A program made the translations under genes and the position numbers. From positions 36,024,001-36,088,000 of the forward strand of contig CM119371.1 of the NCBI GenBank assembly GCA_051294905.1: a stretch of DNA of 64,000 bases. The letters are read 5' to 3'. A model generated the notes under the pieces. The model was given only the letters and a program-made list of their open reading frames with translations. It was not told the origin of the DNA and ran no database searches. Of this stretch, positions 37,223 to 49,510 are shown piece after piece. The number at the start of each line of letters is the position of its first letter. Position 1 is the first letter of the stretch. The stretch comes from Botryllus schlosseri (Eukaryota).

Positions 37223-38851
37223 CTATATCTTCACCATAGCAGATTTGTAAATTTCAAAACATTGATCTGACGTTGGTCTCACTATAATCCATTTGTCATT
37301 TGATATGTCGTACTTTTCAAAGTCATTGGAGGTTTCGAAATCTGTTACCGTAAAAATCCAGTTGCCAACGTGATAAGCAGAAACCAAATTATGACGAGCA
37401 TTCATAGATGACAATGAAGTCCACTGAGCAGAGTTAACATCATAACATTCTACATTGTTAAGGTTCTTCCGTCTACACAGCCCACCGATCACAAATATCT
37501 TTTGTTCAACGGCAACAACACCACTATCACACACAGGATATCTCATTGGTTCGAGGTCAACCCACTCTGATGAGAATGGAGTGAATCTGCAGAATGAAGA
37601 AACGGTGACCTCATCTTCTCCTATACCTCCGATACAATAGATGGAATCAGTCAATGATACAAGACTTGCATATGCAATTGCTGTGGGTTTGTTTTTCAGT
37701 TGCAGCCATTGATTTGCTGAGGAGTGAAATGTTTCCACAGCACTTGACATCACCGGAAAACTTCCTCCGATAACGAATATAGACCCCGACAAGGAAGCTG
37801 AGCGGGGATATTCACCGTGGTCACAAATCATATCTTTCATTTTTTCCCATTTTGAATTTTTGATTTGAAAGTTTATTCGGTGGACTGATTTATCGATACA
37901 CAAAACATAAATGTATGAGTCGTTAGAAATCATACCGAAACGTGGCAAATGCTTGAACTTTTCCTCATTAAAGTGCTCTACTTTCTTAGCTATTGTATTG
38001 AAGGATCGGATACAGTCTTTCTCATTATCAAGAAGTAATATTATTTCATTCTCGTCAATTTCTTCTTTCGTTTTTTCTGGTCTTTTTGCAGCTTTCAGAA
38101 AATGTTTATTAATATATTTGTACAACTCGAAGTCGTTGCTTATAATTGGGTGCGTTTCCAACAGATGTTGCAAAAATATTGAGGATATTTGGTCATATTG
38201 GATTACTGCAAGACATTCATGCAAAAACCGTTTCTTCTTCCGATTATTCTCAATCCAATTGAGACATAGGATTAGTTTTTCTTTCTCGCATAATCTAAAT
38301 TTGCTCGACCTCAGAATTGTGAGGATTAGGTTTTTCCCAACATTCCCAAATTCTGGCTGGTTTGAGATTTCCATGATATTTTCATGAAAGAATATTTCGC
38401 ATTTTGCGAAAACAGTGTTCAGCCCATACATATCCGCAACATTCCTCATGGAGAAATAATTCGCTACAGTGATTGATTCCGCTAAAATATCAGAAACTGC
38501 ATGTTTCACATCTTCCAACTGCATAAAGATTGCTACATGTAGAAGATCGTTGATCTTTTCATCCGAAATCTCAAATTTACCCGAATATATGAAATCGATA
38601 CAGATTTTGACACATTCCGAATCAACGTCTTTGAAAGCGACTCTTCCTTCACGGCTTTCTTTCGTGTCGTTCTTCAACATGGCTTTGAAATAATCCGAAC
38701 CAGCCGACAATACGTTTTTGTGGGTGTAATAGACATCATCTCCGACTTGAACTATGAAATTACAATGATCATTTGCCTGTTTCATTAGGTGCAATTCTTC
38801 CATCATCCTCACTGCATGTTTCTCCACATTAGGACGTATGACGTGCACCAT
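37223..38851 (-). CDS. BTB-BACK-Kelch protein (KLHL-like), intronless, copy 3
   Basis: Uninterrupted ORF; homologous ATG at 38851 (542 aa); collinear with copy 1 to the terminal VKI-stop. Confidence 0.95.
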   Translation of the reverse strand: MVHVIRPNVEKHAVRMMEELHLMKQANDHCNFIVQVGDDVYYTHKNVLSAGSDYFKAMLKNDTKESREGRVAFKDVDSECVKICIDFIYSGKFEISDEKINDLLHVAIFMQLEDVKHAVSDILAESITVANYFSMRNVADMYGLNTVFAKCEIFFHENIMEISNQPEFGNVGKNLILTILRSSKFRLCEKEKLILCLNWIENNRKKKRFLHECLAVIQYDQISSIFLQHLLETHPIISNDFELYKYINKHFLKAAKRPEKTKEEIDENEIILLLDNEKDCIRSFNTIAKKVEHFNEEKFKHLPRFGMISNDSYIYVLCIDKSVHRINFQIKNSKWEKMKDMICDHGEYPRSASLSGSIFVIGGSFPVMSSAVETFHSSANQWLQLKNKPTAIAYASLVSLTDSIYCIGGIGEDEVTVSSFCRFTPFSSEWVDLEPMRYPVCDSGVVAVEQKIFVIGGLCRRKNLNNVECYDVNSAQWTSLSSMNARHNLVSAYHVGNWIFTVTDFETSNDFEKYDISNDKWIIVRPTSDQCFEIYKSAMVKI

Positions 38852-39108
38852 GATCAACGGTTATAAATCATATACTTGGTGTATAGCAGTTATGTGAAGT
38901 TATCACAGGTATTCGAAAATGTCATCCAAACGCATATGCTGAATTTCCCTATATATAATAATAACCATCTTTTGATCAAACGAATTCCCAAACTTCTAGG
39001 TTATAATTAAAAAATTCCATCATTCGCTTCTCGTGCTATCATGGAATATTTGCCGCCTGGTAACTTCCGCACTGCTCCTACAATAACGAATACACTAATC
39101 TTCTAAAG

Positions 39109-39798
39109 CAGTATTTCGTAAACTTTTTAGCGTTCGTACCCCTTGAGCTGCCATAGATTGTATTTCGAACACCCTATCAAGGATCGAAACAGCACTATGT
39201 CAAGCCATCCTCAATGGCTGGTCTTGGGATCCATAGGTTTTTTAACACATGTTATTCTGATTTCAGGTACTGGAGACATTTCAGCGACAGGAGATGTTAA
39301 TATCGAAGGTTCAGCCGACGTGTTGTGATTTTTGGATCCGAGTGTAAATCACCGCCGTCGGTCACCTACGGTGAAATTTCACAGGTCTTGGAGTGCTGTG
39401 GGATGGAAGTTACGGCCAGTGCCGAATTGTGGAAATGTGAAAGCTCACCCAGCAGGCTTCACATCCCTTGAATGAAGCACCCTAAAGGCGTCAAGGCACC
39501 ACTTCACATAATTGTGAAAAATTCTAAACTCAGTTCTGCATCCTATGTTATATTTTTTTAATGTATTTGGAATGACATACCCAAATATAGAGTGAATATT
39601 GTCTTGAAAGGGAATCACGCGAAGCGCAAAGAATATTCTCGAGTTCAAAAAATGCGGCCAGTAATATTCCACTTCATATTAATTTGCAAAATAATATGTT
39701 TAATTAGATAACGTATAGTTGCACACATCATCTCGTACCCCTTACGTTGGTGCTTCTTACCGCAAATGGATCTGTGGACTCCTGTTTGAGAACCACTG
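39109..39798. mobile_element. hAT MITE about 260 bp upstream of copy 3
   Basis: cagtatttcgtaaac...gtttgagaaccactg; TSD ttctaaag/tcctaaag; cgtacccc motifs; absent upstream of copy 1. Confidence 0.75.
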
Positions 39799-39910
39799 TC
39801 CTAAAGCATAAAGTCACCAAGTTCTAGAAACAAACGTATCGACATCGAAATTATTGAACTACAAATGGCTTTACAGAAGAGTTGTATATTTCCATCCAAA
39901 TACCCTACAA

Positions 39911-40759
39911 CAGTGGTTCCCAAACGGCGGGGAATTCCCCACTGGTGGGGAATTTCGGGATTTCTGGTGGGGAATAGACTCACTTTTGAAACAAAATCTT
40001 TATAGTTCTCCTTTATTAATGTTCATTTAGAAAAGCCGAGCGATATCTCTAATATTTCTTAGGTCATTCACAATTCAGAGATTCATGTTATCAGCGCCTC
40101 CGATTCGCAAGAATCACCTGGATAGCGACACATGACGTCCAGCAATTGTTTTTATTCATTTGTACACCATCATCGGTCACGAAACGTAGTGATAGAAAAT
40201 ATCCTGATTCGTTGTATTAAGAGCTCATATTGCTGAACTTGAACATGTAGGCTACTCGAGGGAAATCATGAACTCGCTAATTAATTGCACTACCAGACTC
40301 GTTACAAATTAAATCAGATATGTATTTAGTTTCAAGTTCTTTTAATAGCATGCGAAAGTGAAGTTTACGGCAGCTTATTTGTATATCAAACGCATGAGCT
40401 CGTCAACACCAGGAAGTTTATCTGACCCATGTATTATTCGGCATTTACGTATGTAAATTGATGCTACCGCACAAGATTTGGAAAATTTTCAAGCCCCTCC
40501 TATTTTTCTGTTGGCTGCGCGCCAGGGTGGATACATATATTTACGGAGTCGCGTTTAAGGTTACCATTTTACGGCTTTTTAATTATCAATTCCGGGGATC
40601 TTAACAATCCCCAATATCACGTATTTACTGATCAAAGTCTTGCAAAATTTTAAAAGAGGTAGGAAATTAATAGGGTTGATATACAGATTTTAGGTGGGGA
40701 ATGAAGGCTCGGAATAATTCGGAAGTGGGGAATTAAGATTAAAAGGTTGGGAACCACTG
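39911..40759. mobile_element. hAT Charlie-like MITE with GGGGAAT motifs
   Basis: cagtggttcccaa...ttgggaaccactg; perfect TSD ccctacaa. Confidence 0.92.
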
Positions 40760-42029
40760 CCCTACAATGATACAATAATATTATAGTCATTGTCCCTCCC
40801 GATTGACCAATGATACCAACGACACATATTCTTAGGTTAGTAAACCCATAAAAGCACGCATTAAACCCTGTTGTCTTCTCTGTCTGCTTACCTCATCTGC
40901 TCAGTTCTGCACTACGAGGGGCATGAATAATATACTACTTAGATAAATCAACGACTACTATATTTGAGATCAAACAATGACGTAATTTCTACCAATTACG
41001 AGCTTGCACCCAATGTTGACATATCTAGCAAGCAGTGAATACATGCAGCTTGGAAGGGTTAATTTAAAGAGATTATATTGACTTTCATCGTAATGAAATG
41101 CTAAAAATCATACAAATGTACCATGTTGCTAAACCTAGTTACACTATTCATTTATGATGGTTTCATGAACTTATCGATGACCTCCTGATATAAAAATTAT
41201 AATATCACTGCACATCATAACCGTCTATCGTAAGACCTAAATAGTGGCAACAAAGCAACACAAATTCCTGCTTCAAAGCTGGTGGAACAATTTTAGATTG
41301 TCGCAATGTCAGGTTAATATCAGATTACGAATAAATTATATATTCATATTTGAACTGAACATGAATATTGCTGATCTGTCTCGATACAAGGGCAATTGTC
41401 AGCGAATGAAAAAAATACAAAAAATATGTTACAACGGTGCAAAATGTTTTTAAAAGCAGAAATGTGGATGTTTTGTTCGACCACAAAAACTTAATGTCGG
41501 TTATATGATCGATTCAAGCTTCACTGCCACCTCGGTGGGAAAGGAGTATCGAAACTATAAATTCTAGTATATTCCTATCATTGGATATTTTGATTAGTTC
41601 AATAATTTTTCAATGCGAAAATATCGTCTCAAACCACGCGACACGAATTATCACAATTAAAAGTTTAAAACTCGATTCAGATCTCTTTATTCGAATCATT
41701 GTCACCAGCCTTAAAAATGTGCTGTGTCGTTACCGCCGATTATGCGAAATTGTTGTGTTCAGGCAGTATATTCACAGATTGGCGCATAGCACAGGTTTCT
41801 CTGAGTAAATTAAAATCCGTTTACTCGTTCCAATAATTCAGTTGAACATCGGCATAACCTCCCTAGCTGCGGATGAAACAAAATTGCATCTCTCCACTAC
41901 CTAAGGGCAATAAATGTTTGTTGATATTGACATATAACTTTTTACCCGGATTACCGCAAGGCATAGCAAAATCTGCATGCGCCTGACCAACTCTGACCGT
42001 GTGTGTCATATAATTTTAAAATTTAAAAA

Positions 42030-42110
42030 CGTTGCCGACAGGATTCGAACCTGCGCGGCAGAGCCCAACATATTTCTAGTCTGACGCCTTAACCACTTGG
42101 CCACGACAGC
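42030..42110 (-). tRNA. tRNA-Ser(AGA)-like gene, probably pseudogene
   Basis: Minus strand GCTGTCGTGGCCAAGTGGTTAAGGCGTCAGACTAGAAATATGTTGGGCTCTGCCGCGCAGGTTCGAATCCTGTCGGCAACG then TTTTT; long variable arm; mismatches in anticodon and acceptor stems. Confidence 0.85.
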
Positions 42111-42114
42111 ACCG

Positions 42115-45100
42115 TTTAAGCGACGTTTATTCAAATATATACATACAATATTGATAATTTCATTAAGAAAATCTTTCCCCGTCATCGGGTCATCTCGTCT
42201 CAGCCGTTGCCGAAGTCGGGTCTGTATTCGCGGTCGTAGCAGACGCCGTCGTAAAAGTTGGCGCTCGTAGTCGCTCGGTTCATCTCATCGCAGCAGTCGA
42301 TGTCGATTGGTAGTCGTGGTCGTAGTACGAGCCGCCGGTACTAGGCGCTCGTTTGCGTGTGTTTTTCGTAGTCGTTGGTGTATGGTTTGGGTTGTGTGTC
42401 AGGTATTCGGTGCGGATTGGTGGTGGGGTTTGGGGGGATAAGGTAGGATTGTGGCGGGGGGTTAGGAGGTTGGGTAAAGTGGGATGGGATGGGAGGTTCG
42501 GGTGGTTGGCATAGGTTGTGGGTGGATTGGTTGGGTTTTATGAGTCGATATATACAATACGATTTATCGCGCGAGCGTTAAGTGGGCTCGCTTAAATTAT
42601 TCGGTATATTTTACTTCTTATATCGTTGATGCGTTGGTCAATATTTTGGGCGTATTCATTTTGGATGTCGAGTGCATTTTTCCATCAGCATACAAGTGTT
42701 TTCACGTTCATAAATGCTTTCATTATGGTCGGAGCTTGCGGTCCGTTGTAGACGTAGCGTATGATCTCGTCGGGTGTAGCGTCAATAGTCGTTTGCAGGT
42801 CGTTTTCGAGATCCTGTATTGCAAGAGAGATCAGTTTTTTGTAAGTTGCATATTCGGCGAAGGTGTGACGTAGAGTATCTTCGGTGTGTTGGCAGAGTTT
42901 GCATTTGTTTTTCAAGTAGGCGTCTTTTCTTCGTACCCAGCCCGCGCTGGTTTTTCCGGAACCTGTAAAGTAGGCTCAACTCTCAGTGTTTTAATGCGAT
43001 ACGTAATCTCACGTTTCTTGTTGTCAATGTGGTCTTTGATATTGGGTTGGTATAGCCATATCTCTTTCCAGTCCGCCGTGTGGCTTCCTTCTTTTTAACA
43101 ATGATCTAGTACATTTCTTTCTGGCTTAGTTCTTGTATATCTTGTGATTGGCTTTTGTTTACGTCGAAGATTTCCTTTTTCTTCCTCCATTCCTCCGTCA
43201 ATGTATTTCTGTGAAGGTAGAGGTTGTTGTATAAATTGCAATTTATATCGCTCACCTTCGTTGTCAGATTGAGTATCGCTTCTGCGTACCAGATATCAAT
43301 CGCGCTCTCAAGTCGACTGAGTTGTTGTAGTCTTTTTGCTCTCTTTGTTTGTGTTGCAGATTCGATATCTGGCATATCGACCCCTCCTTCTGGCTTGGGT
43401 CTGATCAGTTGCATTCTGCTTTTTTTGCTCGAGTTTCTCAGGACTCCACAGTAGGCCGAAGAGGAGGCGTTCAAGTTGCTTGAGCTTGTCGTCTGGAATC
43501 TGCTGGTTGGCATATGTATACGTAAATTTTGCTAATTATGTAATTATTACCAATCCAAGAAAGCCGTTTCGACTTAATATGCCTTACACTTTTCTCGACT
43601 CCTTGCAAGAGCCCGTCGAAGTTCATTTGCAGTTCGATTTCTCCGTGGTATAAGCCCAGTATCTAATTACTGGCCTCAGCACATGTGCGTGCGTAGTTTT
43701 TCGCAGTCTGATGCGTGATTTTTCGTTCAGCGGTATGATTCTGTCTTGTCTGTGTTGATATCTTGACCTGTCACTCTATGCAAACTTTGATATTCGTTAA
43801 GGACTGTGGTAATAGAGTCAGTTGTTCTTAGATATAGTGTGACGTCATCAGAAAATTGGTCCGATTTATGCTCTATCCCGCCGATTCGGATACCTTTGAT
43901 GTTGTCATTAGGCCTAGTGCCTAATTTGTGGACTAGCGGGTCTGCGCTAATCGCGTATAGTATCATACTCAAAGATCCTTGTCTAGCGCCCCCTGTACAT
44001 TATACATTGGCTGCTTGGAGGCCGTTAACCTCGAGGGTCGCAATGGGATTATCATATATGGCTTCAATCACTTTAAGCGTTTCTCCCCTGACGTGCAATT
44101 TGTCAAGCACTTTGGAAAGCATTTGGTGGTCGACCTCATCAAAGGCTTTCCTTGCGTCTACGTTCATTATATAGCCTTCCAAAGGTTTTTCTTGATGATA
44201 ATTAACAATTGCACTCACGCTGTGGCGTATCACGTCCATTTCTCTCCCGGGAATTCCCGCTTTCTGTGTCATGCTGATATTGCTCTAAATTTCCTCAACC
44301 AGTCTGTTGTTGAGAATTCCCGCCATTATTTCGATTTGAAATGTCATAATTCCGCCGTACCACCCAAACACTGATTTTAGATCTTGAGTGATACTGAGCC
44401 TTGCACTAATAAGAATATGTCCCTGAATAAAGAGTAACTGGTAAATGCGTGGAGCTGCCAGTGGTCTTTAATTTTGATTGATTTCATTTTTCACCATCAT
44501 CAACGGGCATGTTGAAAGAAAGTTGGAGAACCACTGATGATGGCCAGCAAGTGTGAAGTATCTTGGTAACAATACAGTACAGATTCTCATTGTGGTCTGC
44601 GAGTCATTCGGTTCTGATAAAGACCTTGGGCATTTCTACCAAGTAGTGGTACTCCACCACCCTGACAAAGTGCAGGTGTTCCTCCTCTTTTTGCGAATCG
44701 ATTGAACGTTTCTTCAAACCTTCGCTCAAATACTCGCACTACTAGGTCGGTGTGTCTGGCTCCCAGTTGACAATCAGCCACCTTTTCTATGAAGGACTTC
44801 ATATCACCACGCTCATCCTCAATTAAGGCAATTTTCATGGCATGTAGCTGCATCGACGAGGAGGTAAGCGCGGGTTGCCTTGTCAAAACATATCCTCCAT
44901 CCAGTATGTGGCTGGTTGTTGTGCTTCCAGCATAGATCAACTGGAACACATCTAGTAGCCCAAAATCTTCCATGATGTTACCAATTGATCCGAGATAAGA
45001 TTTCAATAGATGAAAACCACCCAACGTTGGAATGACTGGTGAACTTGTCTGCTTTATTATATAGTCTATGCATCCCTCGGCTTAATCGGAAGATCGCCGG

Positions 45101-46234
45101 TGACTTTAGTGACACCAGCGCGGTGTGTGCACCCTTTAAGAGTGGTGAAGGTGGTGTTCAAGTCATTACGGTCTCCTTCAATAACTGGATGGAACTCGAT
45201 CTGTGTGCGCTGTTTTGCTTAAGCATTGATTCTCTTAATCCAGCCATTCCAGTTGGAATGTTTAAACTCAAGTAGGTTCATTGGATTTAATAATCAAGCC
45301 CGCTGCTCATAGTGTGTTACCTGGATTGATCCATGAGCCAAGGATAAGAAATAATGGTGAAACAGCGACGATCCAAGCAGAAACAATCGACATTGAACTC
45401 ACAGAAGTCTGTGCTGGGTTCATAGCCGCTTTTACTTCGGTACAATTGCGTCCATCTCACAGAACGGAATAATACAGAAAATACCGGTTTAGCCCTTGCT
45501 GGACGGCTTAGTGCTGTATTTGGAGAATTACTGTCCTGATTTTAAGCCTATATATGTGTGTTTTACCCAGTAATAAAGTGTACAGAATTTGTTGAATCGT
45601 TCGGTATCGATTTACTGAACGGTATAACTGACGGTATAACTACGCCATCAGCGCCATTACTGGTACATATATTTTCCACAAAACAGTCTGTAGTAAAAAG
45701 TAAACTTTGACAATCAATTGAGAATCATGAAAAACCATTATTATACCCATACTTCTACTTAGTAACCTATAGGCGATTAAGGATTTTTTTTCTTCATTTT
45801 TTTATTATTTTATTTTTTCAAATTTGTCAGATTTAACAGCTTTTGTTTCTGGGTTTCCCACAAGAGTTGAACTTCAACATTTTAACACATGTTATAAGAG
45901 ACCTTGACAGACGTATTGGCGAAGAAATAGTTTGGTAACAATATAGTTCACAGATTTGTGATATATTACATAAAGTGCCTTTACTATGAATCAAGATCCA
46001 GATCCAGCTACGCGATATGTTTCCGTATTTTACGCATTGTTTATGATTTCTGTTAATCTCGAACCAATGCTTTGCCACATAGTGAGGTAGAATTCCAATG
46101 TTAGGCCGTCGAAACTCGGTGACCTTTTCCTGTTCACTGCTTTCGGTATTTGTAATATTTCGCTAGATTGTATTACCGATCCTTATTCATTGTCTCTCTC
46201 GTGATGCCGTCGTGCTGATACGATGACAGATATT
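42115..46234 (-). mobile_element. 5'-truncated Tx1/L1-type non-LTR retrotransposon inserted at the tRNA-Thr/tRNA-Ser junction
   Basis: RT motifs RSPSFDGLTLEFYLTMW (about 46075-46130), QKAGIPGR, VDARKAFDEVDH, QFSDDVTLY, PKPEGGVDMPDI, C-terminal CKLC; AATAAA near the 3' end; 8-bp direct repeat cagcaccg at 42107-42114 and 46235-46242. Confidence 0.88.
44540..45770 (-). mobile_element. DNA-transposon remnant nested in the LINE, probably Academ-like
   Basis: GGFHLLKSYLGSIGNIMEDFGLLDVFQLIYAGSTTTSHILDG resembles a motif I associate with Academ transposases; it interrupts the RT. Boundaries approximate. Confidence 0.55.
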
Positions 46235-46242
46235 CAGCACCG

Positions 46243-46308
46243 AGCCACCGGTGACGTTCGAACTCACGTTTAAGCAGATCAGTGCTCTAGCCTCTGAGAT
46301 GCGGCGGT
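46243..46308 (-). pseudogene. Degenerate tRNA-Thr, partner of the 42030-42110 tRNA-Ser
   Basis: Minus strand ...ctcagaggctagagcactgatct...cgtgagttcgaacgtcaccggtggct-cggtgctg aligns to 26636-26716; upstream flank 46310-46730 matches 26250-26635. Confidence 0.75.
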
Positions 46309-48206
46309 TGACGACGAGGCAGACTGTGAAGACGTTTGCAATTTTACTTAGTACCAGTTGTCAAGATCATATATAACTAATACTGTTGCAGTTGTAATAA
46401 CAGTATCTTCATTTGAAGATCACATTTATGAAATCTATTCCTATATGCTAGATTTGGCCCTCAATATTAATTTTAGTATGCTTCACCACCATTGTATTAT
46501 TCTACCATTAACCACGGAACATATGCAATAACTGTATTGTTCATTGTTTGCAGAGTGCAGCGGTGATAACATTAGCGTACACTCTCCGCGAAAAGATGTG
46601 TATAACGACCTGTGTATCATCCGTGACATATGGGTGTGAATATACACCCGCGCTACGCAAAACCAGTACCGACCTGGGACTTACACGACGGTATAATAAT
46701 AAAATACAACAATTTAATCGAAATGATGCTTGGACGCAGGTATGCGCGTAGGAACGATGGATTGATAACCGCGAGATATGTTTGGGTTAGGTACTGTTTT
46801 CGTGTACCACCATTTGGGTGTGAATACACACTCTTTCGCTAAGAGTGTGTGTACTGCAAGTACGCCTACGCAAAAAAAAGTTTCAGTTGAAAATAATCGC
46901 AATCGGGATCCGCGGAGTTCCTTGAGCATAGCCACCAACAAAGCTCTTTCTTCCCCGGCCGCTTTTATATTCTATCTGCGTTTGCGGAGAATCAAGATAT
47001 TTTGAACCATTTTCAATTCCAATTCTGGTTCAGAAGCAGGTACAGCCAATATGGAGTTGAATATCAATACCGCACCCTTCCCACAAACGTATACCTATGT
47101 ACTGGTAGCGTCTGGAATATCACTCGTTCTGTTAGTTCCGATGCTGTCACTATTTATCAGGATTAGGATCAAGTGGACTCATTTCGCTTTGCGGATACAC
47201 GGGTAATTTAAGCATTAGTACACGTCTCGCTTATGATCTGGAGCATTCAAGTCATGGCTCTGGTGCATCTCCTCCCGATTCTCTCCAATTCCAGGTTCAA
47301 GCTAAACGGAAGAGATCAAAGAAGCCATTGCTCGTATTCAATTAGAAGTCGAAGTAACGTAGTAAGTTTCTACCTATAACTACAAGTAAAAGTTGCGATT
47401 TTCAAGAATGTAAATGTATACGTATTCTAGAGGCAGGGTCGCCATATCGTCCTTATTTCTAAGATTTGTCCTTATTTTGAATGGCCACGTCTTGGAAATC
47501 TCAACTGTCCTTACTTTTAAGAAAGGTCCTTCTTTTCGACTTGCGTCCTTATTTTGTCGTATTTTCAACAACTACAGAACTTTAAGCGCTTTCTTGTGAT
47601 AGCCTATCTGTGTTGCAATATCTATCAATATCTATCAATCCAAACTAAGTTCGGTGTGTGGTAGAACACTAGGATTTCCCAGAGCCAATATCAAGGGATC
47701 TCTGCGGGCAAAGAAACATACTCAACTCATACATATGATATGCGATGATTCGACCGTCTTGGCTATCAACGGTTGCAGGTAAATAGGCTTGACCAGTAGT
47801 CGAATTGTCGTGGTACGCCGTGTGCACAAGAAAGATTGAGTTTCAATATGGTAACCCAGTCCATCTGAAATGCCAATTCTATCTCCAATATTTTTACGCT
47901 CACTGGTAAATAAGCAATATGTATTCACGCTGCTGAGTTTCGACCGCATTTCAAAACTGTTATCTTAACGGAACAGCAGAAGTGACTCTGAATCGTAATA
48001 AATATTCCTTATAATAATTTCGTTTTATGTGAAAATTAAATTTTAATGAAAATTTTCTCCTAAAAATATGCTGATACACGGTTAATTTCTCGCGCCAGCA
48101 ATTCAAATCAATGTTTAGATAAGTATGTAGAATGTAGATGTAGATAGATGTTGATTGTGGTCGATTTTTGTTATTACACGTCAACGAAAATTTGGGGTTT
48201 CGCGAA

Positions 48207-48634
48207 AGAGAGAGAGAGAGAGAGATTTATTGATTTGTCCAACCGTAAAGAAAACAACATCGGCACATGAAACAACAATAGATGAACTTAACGGTATTGG
48301 ACAGGGTGTGACCGATATGACTCTGGGTAGGGTCAACTGGTCTGATCACACCCTGCATTAAAAAATACAGATATTGTGTCTTAAATTTGGATGCAATTGG
48401 TTGGGATCAATCTATTCAATTCAGCTCAGCATAATAATAAAATACTAACAAAAGACATATTTGGTGGGAGACAAGCGGATCAGTTATAATGGGAGACAAG
48501 GTGACTGAATAATTCCTTTTTAAAGGAGTGGTATGGGAGGTCCCGTATTGATGAGGGTATAGAATTCCATATGACAGGACCGGCATAGTCGATCGATTTC
48601 TTTGTGAGGTTACTGGTGGGTCGATGTAGAGATT
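48207..48634 (-). mobile_element. 3' end of a CR1/L2-group LINE with (CT)n tail
   Basis: KKSIDYAGPVIWNSIPSSIRDLPYHSFKKEL C-terminal motif; AATAAA then (CT)n on the minus strand; empty site in paralog near 10050. Confidence 0.8.
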
Positions 48635-49510
48635 GCTTGCAGATTAACGCGCGTGTTCCTGGGTTATCAAAGAACAGGAAACACTGTTCTATATATAATA
48701 TCAATACAACATGGCAATCAAGTTTCGTTTTTTCTTCATGTAAAGTTGTATATGTAAGTCAAAATATCATTACTTCTAAGCGTGAAATATTGGTCGGTGT
48801 TTCGACGTGACACTCCGATCTAATGACTGTCGATTTACCAGGCGTCGAACCCTGTCTGCTGCACTAAATCTGTTTCCCGAACTCGGCAAACCTCGCGTAT
48901 CAGTCTTGTATTCAATCATACACAACCAAGCACTCCGAATTGAACAAGGCCTTGGTTGAAACATGAAGAATGAAGATGCATAATGGAGAGAGACTTGCAA
49001 TAGTGCTTGCTCGTCCGTTGCTCGGTGGAATGGAGCGCGAGACAACGGTAACGAGGGTCATTTATACACTAGCGAAAATATAATTAAAGAGTAATCAAAC
49101 AATCAAAATCACTAACAATCGTAAAATCACTAAAATCGTAAAATTACAAAGATTGGAAAAACCGAATACAAAGAAGGACAGTTACATTGGCGAACTGATT
49201 CCTCTAAAAACGTACTCAAATATAAAGACTAGCAAATAACATGAGCAATCGCAAACAGTCGGTAACCAATAAACTATAGTACAAGAAACGGAAAATAAAT
49301 TTGTCAAAAATATTATAATTATTATAGCAACAAAAAGATGTACAATTTTCACCGCAAATATAATAGTGAACGTTTGATGAAGCGTAGTGAGCGCATGTGA
49401 GAGATGGAATTTGTAATGTTATCGTAGATATGTAGCCTACAATCTATATCTTCACACGTGGCCTACTAAAAACAGTACGCCATGTGTCACAATAGCAGAC
49501 TTATAGTAGG

